A stretch of DNA of 64,000 nucleotides from Eledone cirrhosa (lineage: Eukaryota), in assembly GCA_964016885.1 (NCBI GenBank), contig OZ024740.1, positions 58,404,001 through 58,468,000 of the forward strand, in the 5' to 3' direction. The translations under genes and the position numbers were made by a program. The notes beneath the pieces were generated by a model, which saw only the letters and a program-made list of their open reading frames with translations, was not told where the DNA came from and made no database searches. Of the stretch, positions 1 to 12,038 are shown piece by piece (position 1 is the stretch's first letter; each line of letters starts with the position of its first letter).

Positions 1-1917
1 TGTTCCACGCTTGCATGGGTTTGGACGGGGGTTTTCCCACTTGAGGCAAGAGTGGTTGTCTTGCTCGCATAGGACTGTCTGGCGGGTTTTCTACAGTTGG
101 ATGCCCTTCCTAACACCAACCACATTTACAGTGTGGGGCTGGGAGGTTTTTACCGTGTTGCCTACACAGCCACATTACAGCGTGGACTGTCTGGCGGGTT
201 TTCTACAGCTGGATGCCCTTCCTAACACCAACCACATTTACAGTGTGGGGCTGGGAGGTTTTTACCGTGTTGCCTACACGGCCACATTTACAGCGTGGAC
301 TGTGTGTTTTTTGTCGTGACACCTACACGATCTCATTTGTTTCGGCCTGGATGTTGTGGGACCAACATAACTTTACATTGAAAGGGGCGGTGTGGATGGG
401 GTGGAGGTGGTGGGACGGGGGGGCGTTTTGATAGAGATGCCTACTGACTGTAGTAGGTTTTTACTTTGTATTTAGGTAAGGCGGGTCTTCTCTATTACTG
501 AGTACCGCCAAAGGTCTCGGTCCAGTGACAATGTCTTGGAGAGGTGTAAGCGTGTGAGGTCGGAATTTATCAGCTCGTCCCATGTTTTTCTGGGTCTGCC
601 TACTCTGTGGCTACCGTCTATCTTTATTGCCCTGCATTTTGTTATACAGCTGTCGTCCTTCATGCGCATCACGTGACCGTACCAACGTAGCCTTCTCTCG
701 AGTAAACAACATCTGATCCCTCTTATTTCTAATTTTTTCTTTAGTTCGTTTATGCTTTGCCGTTCACGTATATTACTATTGCACATCCAGCGGAGCATGC
801 AAGCTTCGTTCCTCTCTAGTCTGCGTATATCCTCTGCACACAATGCCCAGGTCCCACTGCCATGCAGCATTGCTGTTCGTATGCAGGCATCGTATAACCT
901 GCCTTTCATTTTTAGGGAGAACCCTCTAGCGGCTAATAGTGTTATAAGCCCTCTGAACTTTTTCCATCCAGTTCTGACTCTAGCTACTGTACTTTCAGAG
1001 CACCCTCCCCCACTGCTGATTTTGTCACCCAGGTAACGGAAGCTGTCCACTATTTCTATAGAACCCCCTGCGCATTTGAGGGAGCTAGTATTTGTGGGCA
1101 CTTGCTGCCACTTATTGCACCAGAGCACCGGCCACATGTAAAATCTATGTTCTTAGTTAGCTTACCTGTGATCCCACTACATCTTTTATGCACCCATACT
1201 TTGCATTTTGGACATAAAATGGAGTTTCTACCTACGCCTTTCCTACACACTGAGCATGGCCATTTCCCAGATGGGACTGCCGCCTTATTTTCTTTCCTAC
1301 AAACTAGAACTTTAGTCTTAGCCAGGTTAATTTTAAGGCCTTTTGATTCTAGGCCGTGCTTCCATGTTTGGAATTTCTTCTCTAGTTCGGTCATTGATTC
1401 AGCTATGAGTGTTAGATCATCTGCGTATAGGAGTTCCCATGGGCAGCCGGTCTTGAACTCCTCTGTTATAGCCTGAAGGGCAATAATAAATAGTAGGGTG
1501 CTAAGAACAGAGCCCTGATGGACACCAACTTTTACGCTAAACTCTTCACTATATTCGTTGTTAATTCTAACCTTACTGACTGTTTCTTTATACATGGCTT
1601 GTATAGCTCTCACAAGCCATTCGTCAACACCTAGTTTTCTAAGAGACCACCAGATAATGGAACGGGGGACTCTGTCGAAGGCTTTCTCCAAGTCGACGAA
1701 AGCTAAGTATAGGGGTTTACTTTTAGCTAGGTGCTTCTCCTGTAGTTGTCGTACAATGAAAAGAGCGTCTGTGGTACTTTTGCCTGACACAAATCCGAAC
1801 TGCCTTTCATCTAGATCAATTCTCTCTCTGATTAGTTGCGCTATTACTTTTTCCGTGACCTTCATGACCTGGTCGATTAATTTAATGCCTCTATAGTTAC
1901 TCCTATCTAGGGCATCC
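1..1917 (-). mobile_element. RTE-clade LINE (family A), 5'-truncated, frameshifted near 1095; RT + PHD insert + 3' UTR running off the window start
   Basis: ORFs 1056..1985 and 472..1137 carry RT motifs (NYRGIKL, FVDLEKAFD, GVHQGS, YADD, FRYLG) and the RTE C-terminal RLRWYGHV/GRPRKTW motifs. The 3' UTR matches other copies in the window. Confidence 0.93.
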
Positions 1918-1981
1918 ACACATACATATATACATATATACACACATACATATATATACACACACATATATATATATATAC

Positions 1982-2013
<32 letters not shown>

Positions 2014-2493
2014 TGGTAAACGGAATAGAAAATGCTGACACATTGTTCACAGTTGAAAAATGGTTTAATTAGGAATAAAAGAGTATTAGTGATTGTATGG
2101 GTTAGTATTCAGTTGTGGTTTTAAGTTTTTAAGTTTTTACCGGTTGTGCATTTCTAAATGCTTTTCAAAAATAATTTTGAGATAGAGTGTCCGTGCTGTT
2201 TGCTCTGATCTGATTAGTTTTGGGAATTCTACCTGTTTTTATGTTAAAAAAATGGCTCCAGCGTTATTTTTGTGTTGCAAAAATGCTTGTGGTCAAAACA
2301 ATTTTGATTGGTCGGTAGAGGTCATGTGAATGTAAAAAGTTGATTTTGCGCCAAGACTGTTTTTATGTTAAAATGTTAGAAAAGTGGCTCCAGCAAAAAT
2401 TATTGGTCAAAACAATTTTGATTGGTCGGTAGAGGTCATGTGGATAAAAAATTGGTTTTGCGCCAAGATTGAGAAATGACTCTTTCACAACAA

Positions 2494-2545
<52 letters not shown>

Positions 2546-2614
2546 TAGTAGTAGTAAGGTGTTCGATGCTGCGACAATAGCCACCAGCGATGTGTGTCAA
2601 ATGGCTATTAAGAT

Positions 2615-2650
<36 letters not shown>

Positions 2651-3149
2651 ACATACACACAGCAGAGTCATTCGAAGGTCAAAAGATATTTTTCAGCTTT
2701 TGTCTTATACGGAGAAGTGCGTGTGTGTGTGTGTGTCTAAGTCTCTTTGTATGTTGATGTACGCGTGTGTATGTGTTTGTGTATATATGTGTGTGTGTGT
2801 GTGTGTGCGTGTGTGGGTGGACCAGTATTTTTTTCCCCCTGGTAAAATGGTGTACATTATTCGATTTTTTCAGTAAAATCGGTTCTCTTAATAGAACATC
2901 AACAATCTTAACAATAAAAGGTGTGAAATGATATTCACTATATATATATACACACACACACACACATATATATTTTCACTACATATATATATATATACAT
3001 ATATACATACATACATATATATGCACATATATTTTTTTGTATTGCACCATAGAGCATGTGTGTTTACGTGTGTCATTGTGTTTATATGTGGGTAGAGATG
3101 TGTGCTGATGTAGGTATGTATGTTGACGTGTGTATGTTGTGGGTTCGTT

Positions 3150-5463
3150 TTAGGGAGAAGTGTTTAGACGGGGTCCGTATTTGTTAATGAAGTAAGATTC
3201 CTTGCTGATGCGCTGGGTGTGGGTGGCATTATCTTTAAATTTGTAGAGGGGAAAGATTCTGAAGTTGGGCGGCACAGGTATCAATGTGTTCACTCAGTGG
3301 TATTTTCCTGTATTCCCGTATTTTAATTTGGGATCTATGGACAGTCATGCGTTGGCGGAGGCTGTTTTTGGTCTGGCCTATGTATTGTTCTCGACAACCT
3401 GAACAAGTTAATACATATATTAAATTTTCCGATGCACATGTGAAATTGTGTTTTACTATAAAACGTTGTCCATCTTTGAAATAGAATTCCGAACCCTCTA
3501 TTAGGTTGATGCAAATGACACAGTTGGGTCTATCGCATTTTTTTACTGTGGGTTTCGTTGTTGTGGTTGGCAGTACTTTGGCATGTGTTAAGATGTTTTT
3601 CATTGACTTGGATTGTCTTTTGCTCTTTATGATATCGTGTGTTCGTAGAATTTGGTTCATTCTATGGTCCTTTTTCAATACAGGGATGTTCTGGAGGATG
3701 GTGTCAAAGGCCTCATTGTTGAGGGGGTTGTGTGTGGAGATGTATGGAAGAGCTTTTAGTTTTGGTTGATTTACTTTAGGGTGTCTAAGGTCCTGGGTAC
3801 TGAGTTTTAGGGCACGTTGGATTCCATTGTCAATTAGTGATGCAGGGTAGTCCCTACCTATGAGTGTGTCCTTTAGTTCTTGTAGCCGTAAGTAGCAGAT
3901 GTTTTTATTGGAGACTATAGTACAGATTCTCTTGGCTAAGTTGTAGGGAATATTAATTTTAACGTGTCTAGGGTGGCAAGAGTTGAAGGGGAGGTATTGC
4001 TTGGAGTCTGTGGGCTTGTAGTATATGTCTGTTTCTATTTTTTTGTTATGGATCTTAATGAGGATGTCGAGGAAGGGGAGTTGTTGATGGCTGTATTCCA
4101 TCGTGAAGTTAATATTTGTGTTGAGCCCATTTATAAGGGTGTGAAATTCTTTAAGTTTTTCGATGTTTTCGTGCCAAAGGATGAAGCAGTCATCTAGATA
4201 TCGCTTCCAGTTCCTTTCAATGTGTAAGTGGAGGGTGTTTCCAAATTTGTTTAGGACTTTAGTGTAGAGGGTGATTTCCAGGTATCCCATGACTAGGTTG
4301 GCATAAGTAGGGGCTGTTTTCGTTCCCATAGCGGTCCCAGATTTCTGCCTGTAGGGTTTGTTATTGAAAACGAAGTAATTGTTCTCCAAGATAAATTTGA
4401 GTCCCTCTATCACAAATTCTTTTTTGATGCGTTGTGGGAGTTCATTGTGGAAGTTATCCAGCCAGAATTGGATAGCTTCTATTCCTAGGTTGTGGGGGAT
4501 GTTGGAGTATAGGTTGACTACATCGAACGTCACTAGTAGGGTTTGTTCAGAAAGTGGCATATTAGGGAGGTGATTGAGCATATCTAGGTCGTCCCTTATA
4601 TAGCTTTTGATGTGCTTGAGGAAGGGTTTGAGAAGGGTATCAATGAAGTTGCTAAGACGGTGCGTTTCGCAAGCGGGGCCTGCTATTATAGGTCTTAATT
4701 TGAGATCATTGGGTGAGGGGACATTGATGACTATGTCTGTGGCTTCCTTGCATGCCTTACTGATTGATTCGCTTTTATGTACTTTAGGGATACCGTAGAA
4801 AAGGCTGGATTTACTTGTGAAGTCTGTGATGAAGCTGAATTCCTTGTTAGTGAGTCCTTCTTTGTATTGGTTGATTAGAGTTTTTAGGTTTCTCATAATT
4901 TTCTGTTGATTGTAGTCTTCAGCCTTTTCGTAGTATGTTTCGTTTTCCAAAGTGGAGAGCGCTAAGTTGATATAGAATTCTGTCTCCATTAGGACTACTG
5001 TACTCCCTTTATCAGCCTCTTTAATTGTAATGGTTCTGTCGGTTTTTAATCTATTTAATTCTTCCCATTCTTTCTTGTTGAAGTTTGGCTTGTGTTTTTG
5101 TCTGTGCAAGTGTTGGTAAGGGAAGTTTGTGATGTGTTCACAGAATTCGTCCAGGATTTTATTTCTACCTTTTGAAGGGGTGTAATTGCTTCTATTTCTG
5201 GCTAATGATTCATCCTCATTGTACTGGTCGAATAGTTGTTCACTAAGTCGTAACTTTCTACAGAAGTCTGTGATGTCTTCCTTCATTTCATAGTAGTTAG
5301 GACGTAGTGGGGTCGGTGTGAATTTAAGACCTTTGGAGAGTAAGTTGATAAGGTTGGGTGTTGGTTCTGCACTAGTAAGATTGATAATTTTTATTACTAT
5401 CGGTTTCTCCTCCCTGTCTTGTGTTATTTTGTTTGCCTGTATCTGTGTGCTGTGTCTAAAAAA
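3150..5463 (-). CDS. PLE ORF2: reverse transcriptase + Cys-rich linker + GIY-YIG endonuclease (no own ATG; frameshift lesion near 3260)
   Basis: Motifs DKGSTVV, YGIPKVHK, LRPIIAG, FDVVNLYSNIP, GTAMG, RYLDD, YYKPTD, SCHP, CDRPNCVIC, LIYVLTCSGCREQYIGQT. The frame stays open upstream of the ATG at 5286 and encodes IINLTS...LLSKGLKFTPTP. The C-terminus ...KESYFINKYGPRLNTSP* lies in another frame, ending at 3150. Confidence 0.9.
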
Positions 5464-6531
5464 TGGTTGGGGTAGAGGGGTTGTCTGCTGATGTTAAGTG
5501 GTCTCCTGTGTTTGTTATATTCCTTGTTGTTGTAAAATGTGGTTCGGGTTGGTGGTTGTAGATTGAATGGGGTGTTCCTGTACTGCGAGTATGGGTGTGT
5601 GTTTCTATGTGCCATGTTGTATTGTGGTGTTATAAGTGGCCTACGTTGTTGGTTGTATCGTGTGGTGTGGGTTTGTTGTGTATTGTGGAAGTGAGAGTTG
5701 AGAAAATGGTAATTACCTTGCTGTCTCCTTGAGGCGGGGAAGTTGTTGCATCTATCATGGCGGTGGTATCTTTTCCCTATGTTTGACGATGAGGAATCCG
5801 CGTAGTAGTTGAGTGATTTGGTATGGTGTCTCCTTGAAGGGGGAAAGTTGTAAATGTCATTCTGGGGGAGATGATTTCTTGGGTTTTTGTTCCTTCTTAT
5901 GGTAGCGAGGTTGGGAAGTTCATCTTCGGTGTGGTGCTTCCTTCTTCGTTTGTTTGAGGCTTGGGGGTTTGAGAAGTTGTTGTGCGGTTCAGTTATGGGT
6001 TTTCCTATTTTTATGAACGGGTTATTGGAGGTGTAATCCGTTTGAAAAGTCGATTCATAGTGTAGGAACCAAGCGGCACTTTTTTCCCAGCGTTGAAGGG
6101 ATTTCAGTTCTTCTCTGTTGCAGTCCCCTTTCCATAATTTGGAGATCTTCTCTACCTTGGGGCCTTCAGTTTTGTTGTTGATTTCCAGGAGGATCTCTTC
6201 ATCGATGGTTTTGATTTTTTCCTCATTTGTCTGGGCCCTCAGTTTAAGAAGTTCAATTTCTGTCTTCATTTTTTCCAATGCCATTCTTTCCCTAAGGTGT
6301 CTTTGAGGTTCGGGTTCATTTGGAATGGACTTTATTTGTAGTTTACGGGGGAGAGTTAGAGGGGTTGAGTTAAGCCATTTTTCATATATCTCTGCTTTGT
6401 TGTGATTTTGTATCATCTTCCAGAATGAGAACTTTCTGTCTCTGAGGGATTTGTTCCATTTTGGAATTGTTCGAATTTTCATTTTGTGTGAATCAATCTC
6501 ACATGGTTCTTCGTTGGTTTTTCCTGGGTTG
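5424..6531 (-). CDS. PLE ORF1, 5'-truncated: helical/coiled-coil-like region followed by a basic low-complexity tail; function unknown
   Basis: Uninterrupted ORF 5424..6611. Its first ~26 codons come from the inverted terminal copy, so the real start is missing. It overlaps ORF2 in the -1 frame. Confidence 0.75.
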
Positions 6532-6778
6532 GAAATTGTTTTGACCAATAATTTTTGCTGGAGCCACTTTTCTAACATTTTAACATAAAAACAGTCTTGG
6601 CGCAAAATCAACTTTTTACATTCACATGACCTCTACCGACCAATCAAAATTGTTTTGACCACAAGCATTTTTGCAACACAAAAATAACGCTGGAGCCATT
6701 TTTTTAACATAAAAACAGGTAGAATTCCCAAAACTAATCAGATCAGAGCAAACAGCACGGACACTCTATCTCAAAATT

Positions 6779-6817
6779 ATTTTTGAAAAGCATTTAGAAA
6801 TGCGCAACCGGTAAAAA
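6779..6817 (+). ncRNA. Degenerate minimal hammerhead (U3-A8 variant) in the PLE terminal repeat; mirror copy at 2134..2171 (-)
   Basis: TTGAAAA-GCATTT-AG-AAATGC-GCAA-CCGG-TA. Stem II is perfect, but GAAA is mutated to GCAA (ACAA in the mirror copy). Confidence 0.5.
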
Positions 6818-6977
6818 CTTAAAAACTTAAAACCACAACTGAATACTAACCCATACAATCACTAATACTCTTTTATTCCTAATTAAACCATTTTTCAACT
6901 GTGAACAATTTGTCAGCATTTTCTATTCCGTTTACCAATATATAATAACTTGTGTGTTACACCTCTATTCTTTTAAC

Positions 6978-7517
<540 letters not shown>

Positions 7518-7518
<1 letters not shown>

Positions 7519-7831
7519 TGAGCATTGGGCTTGCAATCGAAAGGTTGTGAGTTCAATTCTCAGACTGGGTGATGTGTTGTTTCCTTGAGCAAGACACTTT
7601 ATTTCACATTGCTCCAGTTTACTCAGCTGTAGAAATGAGATGATAGGGACTGGGGTCCCTATCATTCCACTGCAAAGTGGTCGTGGAGGTGCCACGGCAA
7701 AAAAGCACCCAGCACTCACTGTAAATGAGGTTGGTGTTAGGAAGGGCATCCAGCTGTAGAAATCAAGCCAGAATCAGTTCCCGTCCTACCCTTGCAAGCA
7801 GGGAAAAGCGGACGTAAAATGAAATGATGAT
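7518..7831 (+). mobile_element. tRNA-derived SINE (type 1, RTE-like tail), 5'-clipped
   Basis: B-box-like GAGTTCAATTC, central GTTTCCTTGAGCAAGACACTTTATTTCAC domain, 3' GGTGTTAGGAAGGGCATCCAGC shared with the RTE 3' UTR, TGA-type tail. Confidence 0.85.
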
Positions 7832-7868
7832 ATATATATATACACACATACATATATATATATATATA

Positions 7869-8674
7869 TCATCATCATCATCATCATCATCACCGTTTTA
7901 CGTCCGTTCTTCCACGCTAGCATGGGTTAGACGGGTTGTCCTGTTGTGGGCAGTGTCTGGTCGGCTGACCATGCCTTGCTCATACAGGAACTGATCTGGC
8001 TTGATTTCTACAGCTGGATGCCCTTCCTAACACCAACCTCATTTACAGTGAGTGCTGGGTGCTTTTTCCGTGGCGCCTACACGTCCACTTTACAGTGTGG
8101 GCTGGGTGCTTTTTTGCTGTGGCACCTCCACGACCACCTTGCGGTGGGGGGAGTGGGGGCATATTGTTTATATGCTTCAGCATGTACCCATGGGAGGTCG
8201 GGTACCCTGTATTACTGCATGACGCCAGAAGTCACGGTCGTGTGTCATTGTCTTTGAGAGGTGTAGTTGGGTAAGGTTGGCTTTTATCACCTCATCCGAA
8301 GTTATCTTGGGTCTCCCCACTCCGCGGTTTCCATCAACTTCTAGTGCTCTGCACCTTTTTATGCAGCTGTCATCCTTCATACGCATCACATCACCATACC
8401 AGCGCAACCGCCTCTCCTGCACACAGCATTTGATTCCTCTTATGCTCAGTCTCTCTCTCAATTCCTTTATGCTTTGTCGTTCACGTATATTACTGTTACA
8501 CATCCATCGGAGCATGCAGGCTTCGTTTCTCTCTAATCTACGTAAGTCTTCCACCTTCACCGCCCAGGTCTCACTACCATGCAACATCGCTGTTCGGATA
8601 CACGCATCATACAGTCTGCCTTTCATTCTGAGGGAGAAGCCTTTTGCAGCTAGCAGTGTAGTAGTTCCCTAAAT
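7869..8674 (-). mobile_element. RTE LINE family B, 5'-truncated 3' end with (TGA)n tail
   Basis: ORF 8177..8626 MKGRLYDACIRTAMLHGSETW...GRPK; distinct 3' UTR; (CAT)n on the plus strand. Confidence 0.9.
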
Positions 8675-8681
8675 ATATATA

Positions 8682-9020
8682 TCATCATTCATCATCATTT
8701 CATTTTACGTCCGCTTTTCCCTACTTGCAAGGGTGGGACGGGAACTGATTTTGGCTTGATTTCTACAGCTGGATGCCCTTCCTAACACCAACCTCATTTA
8801 CAGTGAGTGCTGGGTGCTTTTTTGCCGTGGCACCTCCACGACCACTTTGCAGTGGAATGATAGGGACCCCTATCATCTCATTTCTACAGCTGAGTAAACT
8901 GGAGCAATGTGAAATAAAGTGTCTTGCTCAAGGAAACAACACATCACCCGGTCTGAGAATTGAACTCACAACCTTTCGATTGCAAGGCCAATGCTCTAAC
9001 CACTAAGCCATGTGCCTCCA
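8682..9020 (-). mobile_element. tRNA-derived SINE type 1, full length
   Basis: Minus strand starts GGAGGCACATGGCTTAGTGGTTAGAGC (A box) ... GAGTTCAATTC (B box); RTE-like tail. Confidence 0.9.
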
Positions 9021-9116
9021 TTATATATATATACACACATACATATCATCATCCACATCATCGTTTAACGTCCATCTTCCATGCTAGCATACACACATAC
9101 ATATATATATTTATAT

Positions 9117-9204
<88 letters not shown>

Positions 9205-9208
9205 ATAT

Positions 9209-9856
9209 ATCATCATCATCATCATCAACGTTTAACGTCCGTGTTCCACGCTTGCATGGGTTTGGACGGGGGTAGTCCCACTTGAGGCAAGAGTGATTGT
9301 CTTGCTCGCATAGGACTGTCTGGCAGGTTTTCTACAGTTGGATGCCCTTCCTAACACCAACCACATTTACAGTGTGGGTCTGGGAGGTTTTTACCGTGTT
9401 GCCTACACGGCCACATTACAGCGTGGACTGTGTGTTTTTTGTCGTGACACCTACACGATCTCATTTGTTTCGGCCTGGATGGCGCGGCACCAACATAACT
9501 TTACATAGAACGGGGTGGTGTGGATGGGGTGGGGGTGGCGGCGGGAGGGGTGTATTTTGTTAGAGATGCCTACTGGCAAGGCGGGTCTTCTCTGTTACTG
9601 AGTACCGCCAAAGGTCACGGTCCAGTGACATTGTCTTGGAGAGGTGTAAGTGTGTGAGGTCGGAGTTTATCAGCTCATCCCATGTTTTTCTAGGTCTGCC
9701 TATTCCGTGGCTACCGTCTATCTTTATTGCCCTGCACTTTGTAATACAGCTATCGACTTTCATGCGCATCACGTGTCCATACCAACGCAGCCTTCTCTCG
9801 AGTAAACAACATCTGATCCCTCTTATCTCTAATTTTTTCCTTAGTTCGTTTATGCA
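9209..9856 (-). mobile_element. RTE family A 3' fragment
   Basis: ERRLRWYGHV...GRPRKTW, 3' UTR and (TGA)n tail. Confidence 0.9.
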
Positions 9857-9891
9857 TATATATATATATATATATACACACATACATATAC

Positions 9892-9958
<67 letters not shown>

Positions 9959-9961
<3 letters not shown>

Positions 9962-11573
9962 CGTTTCTGAATTTGTTTAGCAAGATTCTTTATCTGAAAT
10001 CGTGTGTTGAAACCGATATTGTTATACTTTGGGAGGGTCATGTTGCCAATAAGAAGATGATATAAACAACGTAGATGATATAAACATCGTAGTTAAGACA
10101 CCCCCACTAGAGAACAGTCAGGAACTAGAGAAAAACACAATGGAAAGCATCCAGCAAATAGCAAACTCCATCCACTAGAGCATTAGAGTTACTATAGACT
10201 ACCCAAGTAAACACACCAACCATCGATTACCTGTACTAGACACAGAGCTCTGGTTAGATACCATTAACAACAAAAAACAAATCCTCCATTCCCATTATGC
10301 CAAACCCATGACTTCCAAACATCTGATCCACCGAAACTCGGCCATTTCGGACCATACCAAAATCAACATACTGATTGCGGATTTGGTACGGGTGATGAGA
10401 AATGTGTCCCGCATGTGCAACCCCAAAGAACTAGAGAGACACATACAACACTTCATCCACCGTATGCACTTCTCTGGCTACAATCAGAGAGATAAAATCA
10501 GAGTGTATAGAGGAGCCAGAACCAAATGGTAAATAATGACATAAATGGGACCTGCCCCTTGCATAGGATCAAATTTTGGAATAGAATAGAAAGAACTAGG
10601 AACAAGGCTAATAGAATAAACTCATGGTATGATAGCAATAAATGCCAGAGTGTAATGTTCATCAATACAACCCCTAGAGGTGAATTAGCTTACAAATTTA
10701 GAAGGGCCCTAAATAAACATAAACTCAATATTAAGATAGTAGAAAGACCAGGTACCTCCGTAAAAACACTTATTAGCAAGACATACCCTTTTCAAAGACC
10801 CTCATGTATAGACAAGAAATGTATAACCTGTAAAATAAGCCCCCATATTAACTGTAAAACTAGAAATGTAGTGTATAGTATAAGATGTACTGAAGGACAA
10901 TGTAGAGACAAAAATATAGTGTACATAGGTGAGACAGCTCGTAGTGTAGGGGAACGGATAAATGAACACTGGCGAGACCTTCAAGATAATAAACAATCAT
11001 CTGTACTCTACCAACATGCTAAGATAGAACACAAGGGTAAATTAGAGAACATAGAAATAAAAATAGAATCTACACACAGAAAAGACGCAATGTTTAGACA
11101 AATTACAGAGGCAATAAACATAAAAGAATTACAACCAAAATTAAATAGAAAATATGAGTGGAACAGCAACATCACAACTTACAATTAAGGACAAAATGAA
11201 AACACACACACACATAGAACAAACAACCAACCAGTAACAGTAAATAAACAAATAAATAAATGAACATAAACACACACAGACACCCGGATGTGGCGCATGC
11301 GCAGACTGAGCACACAACACACACACTGAAACAAAATGGCGTAGGACAGAACGAAGGAGAGGCACAGAAACAAAGAAAGGAATCCCCAGTCACTGAAGAG
11401 GTCACAGAGTGTGTGACGAAAGAACTATGACTATATATAAACAACTATCTGGTTGTGGAACCAACCAACCAACCAGAAATTTATAAATTTATAAATTTAT
11501 AAATATATAATAAATTGATGTGAAACAACTGGTGCGTGTGTTTCTTATTGGCAACATGACCCTCCCAAAGTAT

Positions 11574-11581
<8 letters not shown>
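9959..11581 (+). mobile_element. Penelope-like element, 5'-truncated at RT motif C, with inverted terminal copy
   Basis: VDDINIVV at ~10071, broken RT thumb ORFs, and GIY-YIG ORF 10526..11188 (CITC..C, VVYSIRC...YIGET, EAINIKELQPKLN). 10017..10055 is the reverse complement of 11543..11581. Confidence 0.9.
11388..11432 (+). ncRNA. Minimal type I hammerhead ribozyme in PLE 3' UTR
   Basis: AGTCA-CTGAAGA-G-GTCAC(agagtgt)GTGAC-GAAA-GAAC-TA-TGACT: stems I and II pair, core intact. Confidence 0.8.
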
Positions 11582-11612
<31 letters not shown>

Positions 11613-11728
11613 CTGTATATGTATCTCTATATATATATATGTATATGTATATCTCTCTCTCTCTCTATATATATATATACAATCTGTATATATATATATA
11701 AATCTGTATATATACAATCTGTATATAT

Positions 11729-11958
11729 ATTCTTTTATTCTAGTCGATCGACTTTCGTCAAATCGGACCGAGGAAACTATGTTTCCGTTGGTCTTTCCAA
11801 TTGCTAATACTATCTATCGGTCGCAACTCCAGGTAGAAGGAGCAACGTGAAATAAAGTGTCTTGCTCAAGGACATAACGCATCGCCTGGTTCAGGAATCG
11901 AATGCACAACCTCACGATTGTGAATCCAATACTCTAACCACTCAGCCACACGCCTTCA
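11729..11958 (-). mobile_element. tRNA-derived SINE (type 2): same central domain as type 1, different tail
   Basis: GGCTGAGTGGTTAGAG ... CATTCGATTCC head; TGTCCTTGAGCAAGACACTTTATTTCAC domain. Confidence 0.8.
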
Positions 11959-12038
11959 CGTATATATCTGTATATATACAATCTGTATATATATATATCT
12001 GTATATATATATCTGTATATATATATCTGATATATATA

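Larger units (their letters stand above)
2011..6977 (-). mobile_element. Penelope-like retroelement (EN+, Neptune-like) with two ORFs and ~408-bp inverted terminal copies
   Basis: RT-GIY-YIG ORF and an upstream ORF. 2011..2418 is the reverse complement of ~6532..6940 (two mismatches seen). Flanked by (TA)n on both sides. Confidence 0.93.

Noticed and set aside
11-431. Recurrent small ORFs such as MPFLTPTTFTVW...
   Set aside because: Antisense readings of the RTE 3' UTR or SINE tail; they recur only because the repeat does.
2011-6940. DNA transposon or Polinton interpretation of the 408-bp inverted repeats
   Set aside because: The interior encodes PLE RT-GIY-YIG, the arms are asymmetric and one truncates ORF1; this fits an inverted pLTR.
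8945-9020. tRNA genes at SINE heads (also ~11890, 31170, 38390)
   Set aside because: Cloverleafs are imperfect and continue into SINE body and tail.
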